The notes under the pieces were generated by a model that saw only the letters and a list, made by a program, of their open reading frames with translations, did not search any database and was not told the origin of the DNA. From an uncultured Planctomycetales bacterium (GTDB taxonomy: Bacteria > Planctomycetota > PLA2 > JAEUHO01), in contig CAZJJQ010000001.1 of the NCBI GenBank assembly GCA_964546345.1, positions 1-30,409 of the forward strand: a DNA stretch of 30,409 nt. The letters run 5' to 3'. Numbering within the stretch: position 1 is the stretch's first letter; every line of letters starts with the position of its first letter. Below are positions 17,098 through 24,574 of this stretch, one piece after another. The translations under genes were made by a program, and so were the position numbers.

Positions 17098-19314
17098 ATG
17101 CCGCAGGTCCGCGTGGCGCGTGACGACCTCGTGATTCGCGTCCACGGCATGGACTGTGCCGAGGAGGTCGCCCCGCTCCGGCGGGTGCTGGGGCAGCTCC
17201 TGGGCGGGGAGGAGCGCCTTCGGTTCGATCTGTTGACCGGCACGCTGTCCGTCGTGGACGGCGAGCCTCGGATCGCGATGGACGCGTTGCTCGCCGCGAT
17301 CGCGAGCATCGGCATGCGCGGGGAGGCCTGGAGTCCGCGGATGCCCGCGAGCGAAGCCGGGCTCACCTCGGGCCGCCGGGGTCGGGCGATCCTCACGATC
17401 GCGAGCGGCCTCTCGGCCGCGGCCGGCTTCGCCGCGCACGCCGTCGTGGGAGGTGGGATCTCGGCCGCCCTCGGAGCGGAGGGGGTCGCAAACGCTGCCA
17501 CGGTACCCGTCGTGGCGCGCTTCTGCTATTCCCTCGCGATCGTCGCGGGGCTCGGCGCCGTGCTGCCCAAGGCGTGGGCGGCGCTGCGCCGGGTGCGGCC
17601 GGACATCCACCTGCTGATGGTGATCGCGGTGGTCGGGGCGGTCTGGATCGGCGAGTGGTTCGAAGGCGCGACGGTGGCGTTCCTGTTCTCCCTCTCCCTC
17701 GCCATCGAGGCCTGGAGCCTCGGTCGTGCCCGCCGGGCGGTCGGGTCGCTGCTCGACTTGACGCCGGAGACGGCACACCTCCTCGGCGACGACGGCGCCT
17801 CCGAGGAGGTCCCGTGCGACGCGGTCCCGGTGGGAGCACGGATTCGGGTCAAGCCCGGCGAGCGACACCCGCTCGACGGGGTGGTCGTCACGGGGGCGGG
17901 CGTCGTGAACCAAGCCCCCATCACCGGAGAGAGCATCGCCGTCGAGAAGGGGCCGGGTGATCCCGTCTTCGCGGGCACGCTCAACGGCGACTCCGCGTTC
18001 GAGATCCGTACGACGAAGCTCGCGGGCGACACGACGCTCGCGCGCATTGCCCTGCTGGTGGGGGAGGCCCGTTCGCAGCGGTCCGCCTCGGAGCGCTGGG
18101 TGGATCGGTTCGCGCGGATCTACACGCCGGTCGTCCTCGGCCTGGCCCTCCTGGCCCTCGTCCTCCCCCCGACGCTTCTAGGCCGGGGATGGGACACGTC
18201 CCTGTACGAGGCCCTGGTGCTGCTGGTGATCGCGTGCCCCTGCGCGTTGGTGATCTCGACCCCCGTGAGCATCGTCGCAGGCCTGACCGCGGCGGCTCGC
18301 CACGGGATCCTGGTCAAGGGGGGAGAGCATCTCGAGCGGGCGGCCCGCCTCGACGCGATCGCCTTCGACAAGACGGGAACGCTCACCGAGGGGAGGCCGA
18401 CCGTCGTCGAGGTGGTGCCCCTCGACGGGCACACCGATGGGGAGCTCCTGGCCCGCGCCGCCAGCCTGGAGCTCTCGAGCGAGCACCCCCTCGCCAAGGC
18501 CATCCTCGCGAGCGCGGCGGAGCGGGGTCTCAAGACGAGGCCCGCCGTCGGGCTCCGCATCCTCCAAGGCAAGGGCGCCACGGCGCGAGTCGAAGGCGTC
18601 GAGCTCTGGCTAGGCTCGCACCGCTACCTCGAGGAGCGAGGCGAGGAGACCCCCGACGTGCACCGCCGCCTGGAGGCCCTTGCCGTCGGGGGACGCAGCG
18701 TCGTCGTGGTGGGGGACGCGACTCACGTCTGCGGGCTCATCGCGATCGCGGACCGTGTGCGCCCGAACGCCGCGGGGGCGGTGCGGGCCCTCCGGGCCTC
18801 GGGCATCCGTCATCTGGTCATGCTGTCGGGCGACAACGCCGCCACTGCCCGAGCGATCGGCGATCTCGCCGAGATCGACGAGGTGCGGGCCGATCTGCTG
18901 CCCGCCGAGAAGGTCGCCGCCGTCGAGGCGCTGATCCTGCGCTATGGCACCGTGGCAATGGTCGGCGACGGCGTCAACGACGCGCCCGCCCTCGCCCGGT
19001 CCAGCCTGGGAATCGCCATGGGGCGGGGGGGCAGCGACGTGGCGATCGAGTCCGCCGACATCGTCCTCGTGTCGGACGATCTCGCCAAGCTTCCGTGGCT
19101 CGTCGCCCACTCGCGCAGGACCCTCCGCGTCGTGCGCCAGAACATCGTCTTCTCCATCCTGGTCAAGCTCATCTTCGCGGTGCTCACCGTCATCGGCGCC
19201 GCCCGCATGTGGGCCGCGATCGCGGCCGACATGGGCGCCTCGCTCGCCGTCATCGCCAACGGGCTCCGGCTCCTTCGCGCCGGAGCCGACCGACCTGTGG
19301 GCCGCGACTCCTGA
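17098..19314 (+). CDS. cadA: P1B-2 heavy-metal (Zn/Cd/Pb)-exporting P-type ATPase
   Basis: N-terminal HMA with GMDCAEE, TGES, ACPCALVIS, DKTGT, SEHP, GDGVNDAP, TM7 Lys (VKLIF) and TM8 Asp (ADMG). The exact start is uncertain (no clear SD). Confidence 0.92.
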   Translation: MPQVRVARDDLVIRVHGMDCAEEVAPLRRVLGQLLGGEERLRFDLLTGTLSVVDGEPRIAMDALLAAIASIGMRGEAWSPRMPASEAGLTSGRRGRAILTIASGLSAAAGFAAHAVVGGGISAALGAEGVANAATVPVVARFCYSLAIVAGLGAVLPKAWAALRRVRPDIHLLMVIAVVGAVWIGEWFEGATVAFLFSLSLAIEAWSLGRARRAVGSLLDLTPETAHLLGDDGASEEVPCDAVPVGARIRVKPGERHPLDGVVVTGAGVVNQAPITGESIAVEKGPGDPVFAGTLNGDSAFEIRTTKLAGDTTLARIALLVGEARSQRSASERWVDRFARIYTPVVLGLALLALVLPPTLLGRGWDTSLYEALVLLVIACPCALVISTPVSIVAGLTAAARHGILVKGGEHLERAARLDAIAFDKTGTLTEGRPTVVEVVPLDGHTDGELLARAASLELSSEHPLAKAILASAAERGLKTRPAVGLRILQGKGATARVEGVELWLGSHRYLEERGEETPDVHRRLEALAVGGRSVVVVGDATHVCGLIAIADRVRPNAAGAVRALRASGIRHLVMLSGDNAATARAIGDLAEIDEVRADLLPAEKVAAVEALILRYGTVAMVGDGVNDAPALARSSLGIAMGRGGSDVAIESADIVLVSDDLAKLPWLVAHSRRTLRVVRQNIVFSILVKLIFAVLTVIGAARMWAAIAADMGASLAVIANGLRLLRAGADRPVGRDS

Positions 19315-19405
19315 CCGTGGACCACGAGAGTCCGTCCCGATGCCGCCAGTCTGTGCCTGCACCTCCCCTTTCCCCTCTCCCTGCCCCCCCGGAGGTTCCC
19401 TTCCC

Positions 19406-19945
19406 ATGCGCGTCAAGATGCTGATCTTCGTGACCCTGCTCGCCATGACCCCTCACATCGCCCAGGCCGAAGACAAGCCGCCGACCGCCGCACCGACGCC
19501 CGCCCCCAAGCAGGAGTTCGTCTACCTCGAGTTCACCGGAGTCGAGGAGTCGGAGCTGCCGGCGGTGATGGACGCCCTCGTCCGGCTCGACGGCGTGAGA
19601 TCCGTCGCATGGACCGCTCCTGGCAGAGAAGCGAAGGTCGTGCGGGAGCCCGGCAAGGCCGCCCACTCGCTGCTCGTGAAGGCGGCCCTCGACTCGGGCG
19701 CCGCGACCGCCGGCGTCGTCCCGATCACGGTCGCTGCGTTCAGATTCGACAAGATCCTGCATTGCCCGAGCTGCGTGAAGAAGGTCAACCGTGCGGTGCT
19801 CGCGGTTCCTGGAACCAAGGAGTCCGCGGTCGCCGGGGCCTTGGACCGCGTCACGGTGGCTTACGACTCTCGGGTCGCCAAGCCGCAGGCAGTGCTGGAC
19901 GCACTGGCCAGGGCCGAGTTCCCCGCGACGGCGTCGACTCCGTAG
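19406..19945 (+). CDS. Exported tandem HMA-fold protein (second domain with CxxC)
   Basis: GGAGG SD; signal peptide; ferredoxin-like pattern twice; LHCPSCVKKVNRAVLAVPG...VTVAYD in domain 2; no Cys in domain 1. Confidence 0.8.
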   Translation: MRVKMLIFVTLLAMTPHIAQAEDKPPTAAPTPAPKQEFVYLEFTGVEESELPAVMDALVRLDGVRSVAWTAPGREAKVVREPGKAAHSLLVKAALDSGAATAGVVPITVAAFRFDKILHCPSCVKKVNRAVLAVPGTKESAVAGALDRVTVAYDSRVAKPQAVLDALARAEFPATASTP

Positions 19946-19967
19946 GCCCGCGTCCCGAGTCGTAGGC

Positions 19968-20000
19968 CCGCCGCGACGCGCACCGGTCGCGTCGCGGTGG
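19968..20000 (+). terminator. GC-rich hairpin after module 1, possible terminator
   Basis: Perfect 10-bp stem CCGCGACGCG (19971-19980) / CGCGTCGCGG (19988-19997), extendable to 13 bp with one G-U; no U-tract. Preceded by an 11-bp direct repeat CGTAGGCCCGC (19941, 19961). Confidence 0.45.
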
Positions 20001-20339
20001 CGCAACTGGACCGGGCGGCGGACGCCTCGGCTGCCCGGTCGGTAGCCTCGCGTGCCTGTCGCTGCGCCTCCGCGTCGTGCTGTTTCGCGCAGGAGTAGGA
20101 CCGCCCGGAGTCCGACCGGGCGCACTGCGCCGTGGCGGGGCGCCCCGTCACAAGTCATGTCGTCTCCCAGACCCGCACGTGGTGCCGATTCCCCTCCCCA
20201 TCCGCGGGAAGGCCCTGGTGGCCGTTGTTCCAGAGACGGTGACGTTCGGGGCAGCGTCGGGGCGTCGTGGCGGCGGACCCCAAGACGTATGGGGCGCTCC
20301 GGGTCGTGCGCATCCTCGAGCCACCCACGTTCCAGAGTG

Positions 20340-20660
20340 TCACGAAGCGGTTCGGCCCATGCCCAGCAGCCGGGCCATGTCGCCCGTAGTTCGTTGAAGT
20401 CGGTGTAGTCGTACGAGCTCTTGGATTCGGTGCATGTCGGTCCTGTGCGCGTCCATGGGGCCCTCCCGGACGGAGTGTGTCCGGGGGAGGGTGCGGCGCG
20501 CGGCGTGGCCACGGGCACGAATGCGGGCCCGAGCGCGCGAGTGGATCCGCTTGGCCGAGCTGGGTGGTCCTGCTTGGCCGACCTGGACCTACGTCACCGC
20601 GCGCCCGGGGTGGACCTGCTTGCCCGAGCTACGGTGGTCCTGATAGCCCGGCCTGCGACA
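20340..20660 (-). mobile_element. Decayed IS21-family left end with istA 5' fragment
   Basis: The minus strand begins TGT at 20660, followed by four ~18-bp repeats. Then GGGAGGG and a 38-codon ORF (20456-20340) MDAHRTDMHRIQELVRLHRLQRTTGDMARLLGMGRTAS, which resembles the HTH N-terminus of IS21 IstA proteins as I recall them. No catalytic domain or istB. Confidence 0.65.
20541..20651. repeat. Four imperfect 18-bp direct repeats (consensus GTGGWCCTGCTTGSCCGA)
   Basis: Copies at 20541, 20564, 20610 and 20634; spacings 23, 46 and 24 nt. Confidence 0.85.
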
Positions 20661-20830
20661 CACCGCACGCTGGCGCCCTGCCTCGGCCCACGGGACAGTC
20701 CGCGCGCGTCGGGATCGTACGGCGTCGGTCGGTCCTCGCCCCCCGGCGCCCGAATGCCGAGGACGCTCGCGCCCGGGGGGGGCGCAGCCCCTGTATTCGC
20801 ATGACGGGGGAGTCGAAGAGGATCGGCCCG

Positions 20831-20839
20831 TGGTAGGAT
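20831..20839 (+). promoter_or_regulatory. Putative extended -10 (TGgTAGGAT) of module 2
   Basis: Overlaps ATG 20838 and lies 7 nt before in-frame GTG 20847, which may be the real leaderless start. Confidence 0.45.
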
Positions 20840-21230
20840 GGGACTCGTGACCCTCGGCGCCCGCCTCCTCGTGCTCCTGCTCGCGATCGTCCCTGCGATC
20901 TGGGGCATGTGCCCTTGCAGCATCGCAGAGTGCTGCGCCGATGAGGAGGGGTGCTGCTCGGACGAGGATCCGTGCGGGAACGAGTCCGCGCCAGGTCGCG
21001 AGCCGTCGCCGCAGGGCCCGTGTAAGGGGTGTGCCCTGATGGATGCTGGGCATGGCCTTCTGCCTCCGATGCCCTGCCCCTCGATCCTCGCGCACGTCGT
21101 CTTCGCCTGTCCCACGCCCGCACCGGAATTGGACGCCTCGGCTGCGTGTGTGTCCATTGCGCTGGCTGCCGACGTGCGTGCCCCCGGGCCACCCCGCGGG
21201 CATGCCGCATCCATGGTGCTGCTGATCTAA
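20838..21230 (+). CDS. Cys-rich leader protein of efflux module 2 (alternative start GTG 20847)
   Basis: Hydrophobic N-terminus; 12 Cys including CPC, CC, CC and CKGC; C-terminus RAPGPP...SMVLLI. Confidence 0.75.
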   Translation: MGLVTLGARLLVLLLAIVPAIWGMCPCSIAECCADEEGCCSDEDPCGNESAPGREPSPQGPCKGCALMDAGHGLLPPMPCPSILAHVVFACPTPAPELDASAACVSIALAADVRAPGPPRGHAASMVLLI

Positions 21231-21288
21231 GCGACGCGAGCCAGCCGCCGTCCCCGGACGGATTCCATCTCATGGAGGCACTCGCATG
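21201..21288 (+). promoter_or_regulatory. Putative anti-SD/anti-start pairing over the OMF translation start
   Basis: GCATCCATG (21207-21215) pairs with CATGGAGGC (21271-21279) at 8 of 9 positions. CATGC (21201-21205) pairs with GCATG (21284-21288, includes the ATG). Internal 5-bp hairpin 21248-21261. Confidence 0.4.
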
Positions 21289-22737
21289 TTTCGCTCTTGT
21301 TCTGCGTCAGCGTTCGTCGGCAGTGACCTCGCTTCGCACTCGATCCGCTGCTCGCGGAACGAGATTGCAGGAGAGGAGTCGTCGATCCGAGCGGGTCGAG
21401 GCACCGCAGCGATCCGTCGATCCCTGCTGCTCCCCGTCCTGTTCGTGCTGTCCGCGTGCGCCCAGGCGCGCCCCATTCCGCTCGACCTCAGGTCGTTCGA
21501 GGCGGGACTCCCCCGTGCGCGCCGTGAGGCCGTCCCAGCGCCCGCCTTGGCTTGGCGGGGGGCGACGAGCCTCACCCTCGCCGAGCTGCGCGCGGCGGCC
21601 GACGAGACGAATCCGGAGATCGCAGCCGAGCGCAAGGAGATCGACGTCTCGACCGCAGCCATCTGGGAGGCACGACTCTACCCCAACCCCACGCTCCTGC
21701 TCGAGTATGAGGACTTCCCCGTCGGGAGCCGCTCGAACGGGACAGCTCGCGTTGGGGTCCGGGTCCCGCTCGTCATCGGCGACCGCCTCAAGGCCGGCTC
21801 CCGTGCGGCGGAGAAGGAACGGGAGGTCGTCGCGCTTCGCTTCCTATGGCGCCGACGCGAGATCCTCCTGGGGGTGCGCAAGGCGTACATCGACCTGCTC
21901 GCGGCGAGGCGAGCACGCGACGCGGCGCACGAGTCGCGTGACGTTGCCCGGAGTCTGCTCGACGCTGCGGAGGCGCGGCTTGCCGCTCAGGCAGCGCCGG
22001 AGGTCGAGGTGCTCAAGTCGCGCATCGAGCTGTCCACAGCCGAGGCCGAGCTTGAGGCGGCCGAGGCTTCGGTCTCGGCGGCAGGTCGCACGCTCGAGGC
22101 CTCCATCGGCCCCGCGAGCTTGGCAGCGGATCGTGTCGTGGGAGATCTCGCGCCCGGATACGCCGTTCCGACGTTTCAGGACCTCCGCGCTCAGATCGAA
22201 GGACGTAGCGCGCTGGAGGAGATCGCCCGCGCGGAACTGGCCGCCGCGGAGGCGCAGATCTCCGCCGCGCGGGCCGAGAAGACGCCCGACATCGAGCTGG
22301 AGGCGAAGGCCGGACGGAACGGCGACGGAGAGGGCGTAGGAAGCCTCGGCATCGGGATCCCCCTGCCCTTCAACAATCGCAACCAGGCGAAGGTCGCTTC
22401 ATCGGAAGCGAGATCGCTCCAAGCCGTCGCACGCGTCCAGGCTGCGCGCCAGGAGCTGCTGCGGCGCCTCATCGCGGTGCACCGCGATCTCTCCACGGCG
22501 CAGGCGCGGGTGACGCGCCTATCCACCATGTCCGTCCCGACGGCAGAGACGAGCCTCTCCCAAGTGCGCCTCGGCTTCGAGAAGGGCAAGCTCGCCTACC
22601 TCGACGTGATCGACGCGCGCAGAAGCCTGAGCGAGACCAAGTCGGCGCTTGCGGCAGCGCTGGCCCAGCTGAACACGGCCGCCGCGGAGCTCGAGGCCCT
22701 GACGGGGCTCGAGCTTCCCCCCATCCCACCCAAGTAG
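21286..22737 (+). CDS. czcC: CzcC-like TolC-family outer membrane protein
   Basis: GGAGG SD; lipobox VLSAC; ADETNPEIAA, ARLYPNPTL, GIGIPLPFNNRNQ, GFEKGKLAYLDVIDARRSL; upstream of czcB/czcA-like genes. Confidence 0.85.
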   Translation: MFRSCSASAFVGSDLASHSIRCSRNEIAGEESSIRAGRGTAAIRRSLLLPVLFVLSACAQARPIPLDLRSFEAGLPRARREAVPAPALAWRGATSLTLAELRAAADETNPEIAAERKEIDVSTAAIWEARLYPNPTLLLEYEDFPVGSRSNGTARVGVRVPLVIGDRLKAGSRAAEKEREVVALRFLWRRREILLGVRKAYIDLLAARRARDAAHESRDVARSLLDAAEARLAAQAAPEVEVLKSRIELSTAEAELEAAEASVSAAGRTLEASIGPASLAADRVVGDLAPGYAVPTFQDLRAQIEGRSALEEIARAELAAAEAQISAARAEKTPDIELEAKAGRNGDGEGVGSLGIGIPLPFNNRNQAKVASSEARSLQAVARVQAARQELLRRLIAVHRDLSTAQARVTRLSTMSVPTAETSLSQVRLGFEKGKLAYLDVIDARRSLSETKSALAAALAQLNTAAAELEALTGLELPPIPPK

Positions 22738-22748
22738 GAGGAGTCCTT

Positions 22749-23219
22749 GTGAAGACGAAGCTGTTTCCCCTCATGACCCTCGCCGCCCTGCTCGTCGCGG
22801 GCGTCGCCCTCGCCGGAGAGCCCTCGGCGAAGCGTCGCGAGGACAAGGATCGCATCGAGATCCCCGGCACGATCGTCAGCATCGGTGCGACGCTCGAAGG
22901 CTTCGGCGCCAACGCCGAAGACACCCTGTACACGAAGGGCGCACAGGGACTGCTTGCTCCCGACGGCACGCTCTGGACCTTCGTGAAGAACGCCAAGGGC
23001 TTCGGCGTCGTCACCAACGAGAAGCTGCGCGGCAAGGAGATCAAGGTGCTCGGCTGGAAGTACCCCAAGGCCCAGTACGTGGAGATCGCGCGGTACGCCG
23101 TCAAGGAGGGCGAGAAGTGGGTGCCGTACGACTTCTGCAAGAACTGCGGCTGGGAGGCCAACCACGACAACAAGGACACCGACCTCTGCGAAGACTGCCG
23201 CGCGGACGCGGGGAAGTAG
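22749..23219 (+). CDS. Exported hypothetical protein with a C-terminal Cys4 (CKNC...CEDC) motif
   Basis: AGGAGGAG SD, GTG start, signal peptide, strongly G/C-ending codons. Confidence 0.85.
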   Translation: MKTKLFPLMTLAALLVAGVALAGEPSAKRREDKDRIEIPGTIVSIGATLEGFGANAEDTLYTKGAQGLLAPDGTLWTFVKNAKGFGVVTNEKLRGKEIKVLGWKYPKAQYVEIARYAVKEGEKWVPYDFCKNCGWEANHDNKDTDLCEDCRADAGK

Positions 23220-23222
23220 AAC

Positions 23223-24533
23223 ATGCTCCGCGCCCTCTTGGCGGCCCTCCGCGGACTCGTCAGCCTCGGTGTGCTCGGCGGGATCGCGCTCGCGTTCTAC
23301 GCCGTGGGTCATGACGGCCGCCTGCCATGGCAGCCCGAGGCGACGCATGGCAAGGACTGGTGTGACACGCACCAGGTACCCCTTTCCACCGACGACAAGT
23401 GCAACCCGAAGCTCGCTCGGGGGGGACTCCTCGTCGCCCGCGAGCACGAGCCAAAGGACGGGGAGTGTCCCAACACCGTCGTCCGGATCACCATGCCGCC
23501 CGACGTCGCCGAACGGGTCGGGATCCAGCTGATCGAGGTGCAGCCCAGGAGCGTGTCCGAGTCCCTCAAGACGACGGCCGAGACCGCATACGCGCCGACG
23601 CGTTACGCGCGCGTCGCCCCGCGGAGCGCGGGCATCGTCCGCGAAGTGCGAGCGAGCATGGGCCAAGACGTCGTGGCAGGGGCGGTCTTGGCCATCGTCG
23701 AGGCTCCCGAGATGGGTCAGGCCGCGACGACCTACCGGCAGGCGGTCGCCCAGCTGCGTTTGCGCGAGAAGACCCACGCGCAAGAAAAGGAGCTGACCGA
23801 GAAGAAGATCTCGTCCGGTCATGACCTGCTCGTCGCGACGGCCGAGCTCGAGGAGGCCCGGCTTTCCGCGTCGGCGGCACGCCAGCACCTGCTGACCCTG
23901 GGGCTCGGGGCCGACCGGATCGAGACCCTCGAGGGCACGGAGGATCCGGTCTCGACGATCGAGGTTCGGGCTCCGTTCGACGGCACGATCCTCGACGCGA
24001 GCGCGGTGCTCGGCGAGAACGCGGGACCGGACAAACCACTGTTCAGCGTCGCCGACGCCTCGCGAATGTGGCTGTCGATCGATGTCTACGAAGCCGATGT
24101 CACGAAGGTGGAGAAGGACCAGCGCGTCACGTTCACCATGGACGGCATGCCGGGGTTGCGTTTCACGGGGAGGATCACCGCGCTCGGCGGGTCGGTGGAC
24201 GAGCGCACGCGCACGCTGCGTGTGGTCGCCGAGGTCAAGAACCCACAGGGGGTCCTACGGGAGCACATGTTCGGTCACGTGGACATCCAGGTGAAGCCGC
24301 CCGAGCCGAAGCTGATCGTGCCCCGAGACGCCGTGCAGACCGATGGTGACTGCTACTTCGTGTTCACCTCCGCCTCGGCGAACGTCTTCCGGACGCGACC
24401 CGTGGACCTCGGGATCGCCTATCAGAGCGGCTACGAGATCAAGGGAGGCCTCGTCGCCGGCGAGAGAGTCGTGACCGTCGGGAGCTTCTCCCTCAAGTCG
24501 GAGGTGCTGCGCGGGGAGATGGGCGCGGGTTGA
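23223..24533 (+). CDS. czcB: CzcB-like membrane fusion protein with an N-terminal WCxxH...C motif
   Basis: ARVAPRSAGIVREV, EVRAPFDGTI, ADASRMWLSIDVYE, VDERTRTLRV, LIVPRDAVQ, GLVAGERVVTVGSF; DWCDTHQVPLSTDDKCNPKL. Confidence 0.9.
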   Translation: MLRALLAALRGLVSLGVLGGIALAFYAVGHDGRLPWQPEATHGKDWCDTHQVPLSTDDKCNPKLARGGLLVAREHEPKDGECPNTVVRITMPPDVAERVGIQLIEVQPRSVSESLKTTAETAYAPTRYARVAPRSAGIVREVRASMGQDVVAGAVLAIVEAPEMGQAATTYRQAVAQLRLREKTHAQEKELTEKKISSGHDLLVATAELEEARLSASAARQHLLTLGLGADRIETLEGTEDPVSTIEVRAPFDGTILDASAVLGENAGPDKPLFSVADASRMWLSIDVYEADVTKVEKDQRVTFTMDGMPGLRFTGRITALGGSVDERTRTLRVVAEVKNPQGVLREHMFGHVDIQVKPPEPKLIVPRDAVQTDGDCYFVFTSASANVFRTRPVDLGIAYQSGYEIKGGLVAGERVVTVGSFSLKSEVLRGEMGAG

Positions 24534-24574
24534 TGCGTGGAGAAGTAACGCCGCGGTCGCGGCGATAGGACGCA

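Noticed and set aside
20155-20343. LssY C-terminal-like remnant (NRHHVRVWET)
   Set aside because: Only a short motif resemblance within a decayed region; no start context.
20541-20651. CRISPR array
   Set aside because: Repeats are 18 bp and imperfect, gaps are 5-28 nt, and there are no cas genes; an IS end fits better.
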